From assembly GCF_022539665.2 (NCBI RefSeq), contig NC_081332.1:2418001-2482000 (forward strand): a DNA stretch of 64,000 nucleotides, in the 5' to 3' direction. The stretch is from Daphnia carinata. Lineage: Eukaryota. Position numbers and translations under genes: made by a program. Under the pieces are notes generated by a model. The model saw only the letters and a list, made by a program, of their open reading frames with translations, made no database searches and had not been told where the DNA came from. Positions 48,364 through 61,216 of the stretch are shown piece after piece. Every line of letters begins with the position of its first letter. Positions within the stretch are counted from its first letter, which is position 1.

Positions 48364-51292
48364 ATGGCAACTTCCACAGCCTGTAAAATTTCGCCAATCT
48401 GCCGGCTTTCACGAACATTACCGTTCAATCGACATATTTTTATTCTACACCAAGAAAATGTATCATACTGTGGCTCTAGGGCAACGTTTTTGGGAAATAT
48501 TTATCGTTATAGCTCTAATAGGACAAATATTTTAGCGACAAACCGTTCTGTTATCCTTGTAAAGCATTCTTGTAATTTCAGCACAACTGCTACATGTCTA
48601 AAACAACGAAGAACCCACGATGACAAAGTAAGAAACTTGACAAATAATTCAAAGATGGATTATTTTTTTATTTTTTATTGCAGAAAAGGGGCCTTGTACC
48701 ACTATCACTTCAAGCCCAGAAGATGCAAAACAAAGCAGACATGAAAGTCATCAAAGTTTGGAGAAATATGTCTGTTCTTCAATTGGCTGATGCAATGAAT
48801 AAGGATCTAGGTAATTTTTCATTAAATTTTTGTATATGAATTATATCCCAGTATCTCTGAATTTAGATCATGTCTTTGAGGTCATGATTTATGTGGATAA
48901 CTCTGCTGATTATGATGAGCCTTGGAAGTGCATAGACAATCTCAAAGTGATCCAGGAAATTGTGAAAAAGAGTGGCATGCGCTGCATGATTGCTAGTGAG
49001 CCAACTTCACATACAACCCATAAAGAGATTAAGGATGCTGAGAAAAGGTGTGGAAATAAAAATAAATTCTTTTCAAACTCTCAGTTACAAAAGACCCTCA
49101 TTAGACCACCACCTAAGCTACGTGACTGTGTTCCGCGCCATCCTGTCGTTACTATCATGGGTCACGTTGATCACGGGAAGACAACCCTTCTCGATTCCTT
49201 GAGGCACACCCGAGTCGTGGACGGTGAATTTGGTGGCATCACACAACACATTGGAGCCTTTGAAGTGTGCCTTGACAGTGGTGAGATGATCACCTTTCTT
49301 GACACGCCCGGTCACGCAGCATTCACAGCCATGCGCTCCCGCGGTGCCCATGTCACTGATATTGTCGTGCTAGTTGTGGCCGCTGACGATGGTGTTATGG
49401 AGCAAACCAAAGAATCCATCAGACTGGCAAATGAAGCTAAAGGTAATAAATGATCATATACTGTATTTGCAACAATCCTTATTTTCTCTTTGCAGTTCCT
49501 GTTATTGTAGCCATCAATAAGGTTGACAAGCCAGAAGCAGATATTGTAGGTTCAAATCTTCTTCAAGTGTCCGAACATTTTCCACCTTAAAGTTTTCTAT
49601 TTCACAGGAAAGGACTAAAAGTATGTTAATAGCTCAAGGTCTAGTCCTAGAGGAAGTAGGTGGAGATGTACAATCAGTACCCGTGTCGGCTTTAAAAGGA
49701 ACGGGGCTCCAAGAACTGATCGATACAATCAACACTCAGGCGGCTCTACTTGACCTAAAGGCCGATTCAAAAGGTCTGGTTGAAGCGACCGTCATTGAAT
49801 CTAAAACGGACCCGTACCGCGGGTACCACCAAAAATTCACTAGACCCATTCTTAGCCCTATTTGCAGATAGAATTTATTTTCCAGGAAGCTTTCAACTGC
49901 TATAATTCAAAGAGGGACTCTACGCAAAGGCTCTTATCTTGTAGCTGGTACGGCCTGGGCCAAAGTAAGGTCCATGTTTGATGATCAAGGCAGGCCCATC
50001 CAGCAAGCACCGCCCTCCACTCCAGTTGAGATCGTTGGTTGGAAAGAATTGCCAAGTGCTGGCGACGAAATATTGGAAGTCGAAACTGAAGTATTCGATA
50101 AATATTGCATCCTGCCGTAATCATTGTATAATCAACATTCCTTTTAGAGGCGAGCTCATGAAGTTACCCAACTTCGTCAATCGCGAAAAGAAGTGGAAAA
50201 ATTGAAGGAAGACTATGTAGTCATTCAACAGAAGGTAGAAGAACATTTGAAGGTATTTATCTTTTTACTTATAATTCCTAAATTTTGAAATGAAACTAAA
50301 CCGGCCTTATTAAAGGAATACAAAGTCCAGCTGGAGGAGAAAAAACGAATGGGTAGAATGAGGTACAAAATTAGAGGGATGCGACCTAGAGCTGCCGAGG
50401 AAAAATCCTCCCAACCAAAATTGTCTATTATCATTAAAGGTATAAAACGAAGACAAAACTATTTATAAATTTATTTTTTATTTTATTTGTTTCTGTTTTT
50501 TTATTTTATATTATTTTTTATTTGTTTTTATTTTTTTTATTTTATTTTATTTTTTGTTCTATTTTTATTGTTCCTTTAACGTATTGAATTCATTCGAATG
50601 CGTTTTCGTAGGTGATGTAGACGGCTCTGTAGAAGCATTGCTAGATGTATTGGATTCCTACCAATCGTCGAATTGTACGCTAGATCTCATCCATTATGGC
50701 GTCGGACCCATCACGGAGAGTGACATCAAATTAGCTGAGCCATTCAATGCGATCGTCTACGCCTTTAACGTTGGCGTGATGCAGCCAAATGTACGGCAGC
50801 TCGCCAAGTCTCATAAAGTTCAGATTAGAGAACACAATATCATTTATCGGCTATTTGACGACCTTCGTGGCGAATTAGAGAAACTTCTGCCACCCACCGA
50901 AGTAGAAGAAGTCATCGGTGAAGCCAACGTTCTTCAAGAATTTATTGTCACCGAAGGCAAACACAAGCTTCCCGTCGCTGGCTGTAAGTTTTTTTGGTTT
51001 TAAATTCACGCTTTTTTAATAATCTAAAAATGAAATAATTTCAGGTCGCTGTGTTAAAGGCATATTGAAAAAGAATGCGCTCTTCCGATTAGTTCGTGAG
51101 GAAGATCCTATATTTGAAGGCCGCGTTGCTTCCATGAAGCATCTCAAATCCGAAGTGGATACAGTTAAGAAAGATGTCGAATGTGGAATAAGACTCGACA
51201 GTCCCACTATACAGTTTCAACCTGGTGATACACTTGTGTGTTACGAAATGAAACAAGTTCCTCAAACTATCGACTGGGATCCTGGATTTTGA
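48364..51292 (+). CDS. MTIF2: Mitochondrial translation initiation factor IF-2, multi-exon
   Basis: Presequence; G1 [24 protein letters not shown]3 DTPGH; G4 [15 protein letters not shown]-terminal VECGIRL...DWDPGF*. Confidence 0.97.
50461..50570. repeat. Degenerate (TTTTA)n low-complexity tract in an MTIF2 intron
   Basis: Run of TTTTA/TTTTTA units visible directly. Confidence 0.8.
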
Positions 51293-51866
51293 TGACACAC
51301 AGCCATGTAGAAATCTAATACATACTGTACAGTCTGGCGAAAAATATAGTCAACTCAACTCGAATTCAATTTTCGATGGCTTTACCGGGACTACTTGAAA
51401 GATTTGCGTAAACATTGGGTTACAAGGAGCTATACCCTGACTTGGTATATCGTAAGTCAGCTCTTGACCTAGCTATTTATAGAAGCATTTGAAAAACCAA
51501 TGTACCGTAACGTTTAAGCAATGCAAAATGTTCACTTAAGCTATGGAAGGCGTGCGTTTCCATATTCTTTTTGCATTCAGGGATGGAGACGTGAATGACC
51601 CTGATGCCAAGGTGCCAAGTAGAAGATTCAGGAAGCGTCTCTGTTCTGGGATTGGTTGGCTGTCATTCAACAAAAGGTACACCAGCAACAGTCTTCAAAA
51701 GAGCGATCCTAGCGCCTCCCACGGTTTAGAATATCACGCTGTGTCTCGGAATTGTCTTCCATCCTAGTCATTGTGCGCAGTGGGTGTTTAAGCGGCGGTG
51801 CTACCCCGCATCTTTCGAATTGAGTGTTCTCAGTGTATATTCAGTATCCTATTAAATTAACGAATC

Positions 51867-52800
51867 ATGGGTCTAGAAGGAGAGGTTATCAACGAAGGAC
51901 ATGAAGTTACCAACGCAGGAACTGGAGGAGTCACTTTCGTTTCGGTAGAATTTGAAGTCTACGGCCACGTACAAGGTATGTATGAATGCGAGCAACCTTT
52001 TTAACTCTACCGCTTCTACGTGCATTGGCTGGTGTGTACATATTCAGCACCTGCCGCCGTCTGCGCTATTCTCGTCTCTCACGTCCACGCCTAAGATGGT
52101 GTTGATTGCCTATGATTATACGATTTCACGTCACGTTATACCGTTGTTTTTCTCTCTCTCTTCTGTTTTTACAAACTGTGACGTCTATAGGCGTCTACTT
52201 CACCAAATTCTGCAAAGATACTTGTGATCAACTGGGTCTGTCTGGCTGGGTAAAAAATTCCAAAAAGGGAACGATTGTCGGCAAAGTACAAGGGGACAAG
52301 GTCCGCATCGATGAAATGTAAGTACACTATTGACAAATACTCAGACATTCCGTACGGCGTGCTGTTTCAAAAAGCGATTTACGGATTTAGAACGGACGGT
52401 GCAGCACCAGCAGCTCCGGACGATTTAAACGACGAAATGACGATTGGCATCGAGCCCATTTGAGGGTTCTAGATAAGGCTCACGAGTCACGGTTCGGGCG
52501 GGACACGTCGTTAAATACCTTAACTATACTGGGTCTGTCCTACGTAGAGCGAGGAGAAACAAGCTACTTTTAGAATCTCTTGCTCCGTGATGCGTTCGGT
52601 GCCAAAGCGGAATTTGTTTGTGTGTCTAACGAGTTCTCGTGTGGAAGTAATCAAAATAATTTGTTCAAATGTTGTCTCACGATAGAGTGCAATGGTTGTC
52701 GCGGACAGGCAGCCCGGGAGCCAAAATCGACCACACCGAGCTCCGCAATTGGGAATACCTTGCACGACCTGAGTTCCGCGGATTCAGCATCCGTTTCTGA
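51867..52800 (+). CDS. Acylphosphatase-like protein, 3 exons (catalytic Arg replaced by Thr)
   Basis: SVEFEVYGHVQG^VYFTKFC...LGLSGWVKNSKKGTIVGKVQG...^VQWLSRTGSPGAKIDHTELRN...FSIRF*. Acylphosphatase fold motifs throughout. Confidence 0.88.
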
Positions 52801-53155
52801 AAGGAACAAAAATGGTCTTCGTTGTTTTCAATTTCCCATGAATCATTTAAAGAATCCACCAATTCACTTGTCAACGTAGAGGCAAAAGCCCACACCATTT
52901 CAGCCAAAGCAGAACGAAGTTTAAAATCTGTTAACTAGCTACAGCTATCGAGGAAACAAATTGGGTGTAAATACGGCGATAGCTATAGGAATCACTGCTT
53001 GGGTGGTGGCACGATCATCGAGTTCAAACATGACAAATGTGTATATCAAGCTGTTTCAAAACAGTAATACACTGCCCTTGGAATTGTTTGTATGTTTTCT
53101 TTTTTTTATTATTTTTCCTCCTTTTTCGGGTTCTGGATTTGTGAAGAACCGTCCT

Positions 53156-54026
53156 TTAAATGCAATGAGCCATAATACCAGCAACATTTTCAAACTCGAT
53201 CTTTTCAGTGATGTTCTTGGTCTTGACCAAATCTTCTTGCGACGTGACGAAAACACGTCCATTGCCGAGATCTTTCCAACTGCACTTGCCGACCCACTGC
53301 TTCAGAACTTGATCTATGGTCGCATAAAAATGTTGAAAAATATTTATCTGGACATACGAAATGAGACTTAATGGTAGTTAAACTATTATATTTTTACCAT
53401 TGACATTGCCCAAGAGTTCCTTGAGAACTGGAACTTCAATTGTCTGGTAGGTGATGTTGACAACATGAGCAACAAACTTCCTAATTGCATCTTCAAATCC
53501 CTGGACAGTGATGATGAGATCACCACATTTGGCCAATTCCTCCCAAAACTGCTTGAATTTACAAGTTTCCAACAAATCTGCAAGGACCATTACTCTGCTT
53601 ACTTGAGGTTCCTCCAACTGCACAGAGTAATGTTTTTAGGAAATTTCTAATAAAGAATGAAATGAAGGTATACCCTGTCTTGAGTCAAAAGGCATTTACA
53701 CAGTAGAAAATCTGTGTGTGGTAAATTGGTCATCGCTTTCAGTAAGATCAGGTTTACAATGTTGCTACGGTAGAAATTTGGACCAAACTGGTACAGTCGT
53801 AGTACACTCAAGTTTGCTTCAAGATCGTAAATATTTTCTTGCGCTTGCATCTCTACATAGCGTTCTAGTTTTTGAAGATTGTCTGGGTTGTACCTAAAGG
53901 TACAACCATCATATTAGAGATACCATTTTGAAACTATCCAAGTTGCCTTTACATGTTAATTTATCTTTAATACCTTTCTATTCCTTGGAGCATGGAAGCG
54001 ATTTCCGTTCTCATTTTTTCAGCCAT
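53156..54026 (-). CDS. EIF3K: Eukaryotic translation initiation factor 3 subunit K, 4 exons
   Basis: MAEKMRTEIASMLQGIERYNPDNLQKLERYV; YDLEANLSVLRLYQF; ILLKAMTNLPHTDFLLCKCLL; GFEDAIRKFVAHVVNITYQ; KTKNITEKIEFENV. Confidence 0.96.
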
Positions 54027-54490
54027 TTTTATTATTTATTAAGGGAAAAATGAACAACGGGAACAAAACTTTTGACGGATGACGAAAATGTGCCTCTAGC
54101 AGAAGACGCTTTTGGAAAAGGCAGTGTTGCCAACACAAACGGCATCGTTATGAAAGTAGAAATACGTGGAACTGCGGAACGGGGAAGCATAGATGATGTT
54201 CTACTGTACAAAGCGGGTAAGTCCTTTCCGAAATGGGTTTTTGTTAAATGAGAAAAAAAATTATACCTATTTTGAAATAAGTCAGCAAACTCATTGAAAA
54301 ATGTTTGATTATATCATTAAATTGTAAATCAGTACTTTTTTCTATTTTGCGATGTGAAGAAATAATGTAAAATTTCGTTTCAAAGAGCGAAATTCAGTTT
54401 GTTAGTTTTGCTTGTGAATGCCAGACTAGTTAAGCTCAGGTAAAAAAAGGAATTTTTAGCTACTATTTGTGCAGTACAGCTATCTATACG

Positions 54491-54547
54491 CTCGAATAGC
54501 GATTCGAAATCCTTGAATAGTGATTCAGATATCTCGAATAGTGATCC
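54491..54547. repeat. 21-bp tandem repeat, about 2.7 copies, upstream of the orphan ORF
   Basis: CTCGAATAGCGATTCGAAATC / CTTGAATAGTGATTCAGATAT / CTCGAATAGTGATCC. Confidence 0.75.
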
Positions 54548-54572
54548 AAAACGCTTACTGTTGATTTCAAAG

Positions 54573-56213
54573 ATGTCTTCTTTCGTGAAGTTTTCTGCAA
54601 GAGTGATTGGAGTGGTGGCGGTTGGAGCTGGAGTTGCTGCGGTCGGTTGGCTCGGATGGAAGGCGTGCGTCAAGGCAAGAGCCCCCACTCTGCCAATTGG
54701 CGATTCCAACGAAGCCATTTCGGCCGAAGATAACATCGTTCCTCCGCAAGACGTTGAGAAACCTGACGCAGTCCCGGAAGTTTCGGCTGCATCTGACGAA
54801 TCATGCTGCGAGCTGCCTTCGGCCGCTGTGCCAGCCGACGAAGATGCACCCGTCCACGTATCGACTGTTGAGCCCGCTAACGAGGACCACCCTCTCGTTC
54901 CCATCCAGTCCGATGGTGTAGTTGAAGTTTCTCACGCTGAAGGCGAACAGTTGATGGAGGTAGCTCCCGAGGAAGTAGTAGCTGTTGACGCAGATGTCGT
55001 AGTCGCAGACACGCCAGTTCGGCCCGTTCGAGTTAAAAATCCCAAGAAGGCGCTGTGGAACAAAAGTTACCAAAGACGTTTGGCTAGGAGAGCGCAAGAG
55101 CGAGCAGAAAGAGCTGCCCAGCAACAAGTGACTTGTGAAAATCCATCCCACGAGTCGAGCTCCGCACCACCAATGGTCGTTGTTCCAGAACCTAGCGCAG
55201 TGGACGCAATTTCCGAACCTATTGTTCCAGCCGATGAAGAGGATACTCCGAACGCTGAGGACCAAACCTCGCCTTCCATCGAGGTTTGCGATTTACCTGT
55301 GCCAGCTGCTGAGGTCGTTCCCGAAGCAGGTGTTGTTTTAATTGCTGCTGCTGATGCAAATGTAGATGTGGCGGCTGCAGACGCACCTCTTCAGCCTGTT
55401 CGAGTGGAATACCAAAGTCGCATGGCTATTAGGGCGCGGCAACGGGCAGAGAGAGATGCCCAGCAACAAGTGACTTGTGAAAATCCATCCCATGAGTCTA
55501 GCCCCGCACCACCAGTGGCCGTTGTTCCAGAACCTTGTGTAGTGGATGCAATTTCTGAACCTCTTGTTCCAGCCGATGAAGAGGCTACTCCGAACGCTGA
55601 AGCCCAAACCTCACCTTCCATCGAGGTTTGCGATTTACCTGTGCCAGCTGCTGAGGTCGTTCCCGAAGCAGGTGCTACTGTAATTGCTGCTACCCATGCA
55701 AATGTAGATGTGGTGGCTGCAAACGTACCAGTTCAGCTCGTTCGAGTTAAAAATCCCAATAAGGCACTGTGGAACAAAAGTTACCAACGACGTTTGGCTA
55801 GGAGGGCGCAAGAGCGCGCAGAGAGAGCTGCCCAGCAACAGGTGACTTGTGAAAATCCATCCCATGAGTCGAGCTCCGCACCACCAACGGTCGTTGTTCC
55901 AGAACCTTGCGCAGTGGATGCAATTTCCGAACCTCTTGTTCCAGCCGATGAAGAGGCTACTCCGAACGCTGAAGCCCAAACCTCACCTTCCATCGAGGTT
56001 TGCAATTTACCTGTGCCAGCTGCTGAGGTCGTTCCCGAAGCAGGTGTTGCTGTTATTGCTGCTGCTGATGCAAATGCAGATGTGGCGGCTGCAGACGCAC
56101 CTGTTCAGCCTGTTCGAGTGGAATACCAAAGTCGCATGGCTATTAGGGCGCGGCAACGGGCAGTGAGAGATGCCCTGCAAAAGGCCGGAGTACAATCCAG
56201 CAAGGTCGAGTAG
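54573..56213 (+). CDS. Intronless orphan protein (546 aa): N-terminal membrane anchor plus long A/E/P/V-rich tandem repeats
   Basis: First ATG 54573; hydrophobic VIGVVAVGAGVAAVGWLGW flanked by basic residues; repeat units of 342 and 372 nt, all in frame. No family recognised. Confidence 0.7.
   Translation: MSSFVKFSARVIGVVAVGAGVAAVGWLGWKACVKARAPTLPIGDSNEAISAEDNIVPPQDVEKPDAVPEVSAASDESCCELPSAAVPADEDAPVHVSTVEPANEDHPLVPIQSDGVVEVSHAEGEQLMEVAPEEVVAVDADVVVADTPVRPVRVKNPKKALWNKSYQRRLARRAQERAERAAQQQVTCENPSHESSSAPPMVVVPEPSAVDAISEPIVPADEEDTPNAEDQTSPSIEVCDLPVPAAEVVPEAGVVLIAAADANVDVAAADAPLQPVRVEYQSRMAIRARQRAERDAQQQVTCENPSHESSPAPPVAVVPEPCVVDAISEPLVPADEEATPNAEAQTSPSIEVCDLPVPAAEVVPEAGATVIAATHANVDVVAANVPVQLVRVKNPNKALWNKSYQRRLARRAQERAERAAQQQVTCENPSHESSSAPPTVVVPEPCAVDAISEPLVPADEEATPNAEAQTSPSIEVCNLPVPAAEVVPEAGVAVIAAADANADVAAADAPVQPVRVEYQSRMAIRARQRAVRDALQKAGVQSSKVE
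55000..56180 (+). repeat. Higher-order coding tandem repeat (A-B-A-B, 714-nt period)
   Basis: The CAGCAACA.GTGACTTGTGAAAATCC anchor occurs at 55119, 55461 and 55833; CGAGTGGAATACC occurs at 55401 and 56115. Confidence 0.95.
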
Positions 56214-56569
56214 ATTAAGGCATGTGAAACTACGGACGGCAAAGTGGACATTGAGCCGAGCCGTGCACTGCCGTTGGCCACTGTACAACAATCCTCGCAG
56301 TGAACGTCAATTTCCGATTCCCTTGTACCAGCCAAGAAAAAGGATGTTCCGGATCCTGAATACATCTCCCATCGAGGTTTACCACCTACCTACACCGATT
56401 GTTAAGTCCTCTGAAGAACATACATCCGTTCCCATCCGACACGAGTGTGTCGTTGAAGCTTCCAACTCAGTAGGCGAACAGTCGGCGATTTTCCCCAGAA
56501 CAACCCGCTCATTGAGCGTTTTTTTTTTTCTTTTCGTTTTTTTTTTCTTAAAAAAAAAAAAACTGAACC

Positions 56570-56742
56570 AAAATTTCTGTACATTCTATTTCGGCGTCAT
56601 TGTCTTTCGCAGAGCAGTCAAAATTCTTGTACATTCTATTTCGGTTTTAACTGTGTGTATTCTTCAGAGCAATGAGTTTAATTCCCCCTTTTTCAAAAGC
56701 AGAGGCAACGAATCAAAATTCTTGTATATTTGTATTTCGGCT
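56570..56742 (+). repeat. Three dispersed copies of a ~25-bp motif
   Basis: AAAATT(TC/CT)TGTACATTCTATTTCGG at ~56570 and ~56620, with a variant at ~56715. Confidence 0.7.
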
Positions 56743-57818
56743 TGATTTGTGTATGCATTAACGTTTGATGACGCTTCTTTTCAATCACAAACCGAAGGAA
56801 CTGTCCGACGAACCCGTAACGGAGTTGTTTTCACTGCCGCGCGTGTCAACTACCAATACTGTAACGCGTCTGTTTCATTTGTCTTCTTCACGGTACAAGT
56901 TTGCGTGCGAGTGGCGGGATGGTGAGCAATATTGCCATCTCCCCACCTGCATGCACCCGCCGGAAGGAGACCACTACGAGAATTGATTGTCTCCTAGTGA
57001 TGGCAGCGCGTTGCAGGTAGTTTTCACCTCCACGGCAGTGATCAGCTACTTTTACGGGGGATTTTTATCCTTAAATGAATCGGACCGGTTCTGGAAGTGC
57101 GTGTGCGAGAAGAGCTAATCAACGTTTCGTTTGCCTTTGCTAAACAAATATTGTTCTGCTACTCGAAATTCCCCATGCATTTTATTCGTTTCGATCAATA
57201 AAATTCATACTTAAACATATAAGCATTTTGTTTTGACTTTTATTACTTCAAATCAGTTCCTTTTTATCCCACTCCAACGTGGCGTTGTTTGAAACGTTAT
57301 TCACACGAATGAAATCATTCCAAGCGATATCGATAATGTGTCTGGTTTTCGTCGTAAAAGCACAGAATTTTAAAAAATAGCATCGTTGTATTTGATTGCT
57401 CTTTTACTTACTAGCTACGAGGCAGCCTTGTAGCCTACATTTCAACGCAAAATAAATGAATACCATTTAACTACTCTAAATTTTCATATGTTCCACGTGT
57501 AGATAAAAACAAAAAAAAAACATAACAATTACAAGAAATTAAACAAAAACGTAACGGTTTAAAAACGTGTATTTGCAAACTTCCGGTAATGCTGGTGATT
57601 TTTTTCGTTCACTTTTTTCTTTTCTTTCACAATGAAGTGCTGAATATTATAAAGTCTAAGTTAACATATTAAAAAAATATGATGAACCCTTGGGCGATTA
57701 TAAATAGCAAGGAACGGGCGAAATACACGAGCGACTAGATCACTAAACGCTAGAAATGTATATAATTTGTTTGCGATTATTTTTGCCACACCATTATTTT
57801 TCTGAGTTGCTATGTGCA

Positions 57819-59792
<1,974 letters not shown>

Positions 59793-61216
59793 TTGTCTTG
59801 GAATAAAAAACTGCTTTTCGAAGGGGTAATGGGATGAGGCAAGTTTAGAACTTTACCTAAAATACAACTACAGATAATTTAGAGTGCAAGATATATATCT
59901 AGTTCACGGTCATTAGAAAGTTTCACTTACCAAGTTGCACTTGCTTGGACATTGGTTCAGACAATTTGCTTTGTCCTTATTTGGTATCGATTGTAGTTGT
60001 TGCACTATGAGCGGTTCACTAAAGTAGAATAGAAAAGAAAAGTTTTTATGCAATGAGAGATAATTTTATTTACCACATTATTTTTTGTAAAGCCATTTAC
60101 TAATGACATATCTTTCCCACAATGGCGAGCTTACTGAACGAAACCGGTTGTCCGAAAACTTACTTCACAAGGCGTGATCCATGGGCTAGTTTAGTAGTTC
60201 AACAGCCAGTTACGAATCCTGAAATGCCACTACAATAACAGCATGTGGTTTTTTAATAAAAAACAAGAAACAAGAATGTATCGGCGACGAGATAATTTCA
60301 GCAAGCAAGCAACAGGCGGGCCGAAATATCCGAATGTTTTGAAGTTTGAGCGTCAGTGGGCAGTGCCGGTTTCTACTGACAGATGGCAGTAACAAGTATG
60401 TAATTCAATTAATTATTTTTCAAATAATATCTATTACAATTAATTGTCAAAGGAAATAAAATGAATGCAGTAATAGTTTCTTTTGTCTTCTATACGATTA
60501 AATGACTTAAATATCTTTTATACATTACATAAGGAAGCTGGTGAAACAGAAAAGGTTGTTGCCCGTAGTTGCTGGAAGCGGGTCTTCGAGGTAACTTCGT
60601 AGTCTGCAATATCTACTTTCTCTTTAGTGTTTTCAAAATTGAATGATTTGTACAAACAGGATGTAGGCTCGTTATATCATAGTTTTTTAAAATGGTAATC
60701 TGCTAGCAATTTGAAACGTTTGAATGTTTTTCCCTATTGTTATCACGGCAGTGTCACAGTTCTCTCTCGAGAGTATTCTTCTACTTGAATTGGAGATTAG
60801 AAAGGCACTATCTTGACAAAGATGAGAAAAAGCACAGTATAAAGCAACTCCCGTATGAAAGAGATATTTTTACCAACTGTAAACTAATATTTCATGTTCG
60901 ACGAATGTAAACTGTGTTAATATTATAAAGCAGAAATATTCGCCATTAAACACACGGGCACGTCCAATTTTCTGTTGACATGATAAAGTAATCAAACAGA
61001 TAGCGAACACAGATAAGAAATGACGCAGATCGAGAATAAATGCAAGTTTGCACGTATACCAGGACTCACGTAATAACTACACAAGTTTTTCATAATATCA
61101 TGTTCTCACTTTATTTTTCCACCTCAAAATGAAAAAAACGATTGGTTAAAGAACAATTGTGATGCATAATTCTTCCCGCCGTAGGCTACGAAAGCTAACG
61201 ATATTACCAACCAAAT

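Noticed and set aside
54380..56365. Repeated minus-strand and alternate-frame ORFs over the orphan gene
   Set aside because: By-products of the tandem repeat in the plus-strand ORF.
56570..56742. Spaced ~25-bp direct repeats (and 21-bp repeats at 54491) as a CRISPR-like array
   Set aside because: Eukaryotic context, only three degenerate copies, irregular spacing and no cas genes.
56984..56986. In-frame TGA as selenocysteine or programmed readthrough
   Set aside because: No SECIS-like hairpin recognised, and the upstream region has several other disabling changes, so decay is simpler.
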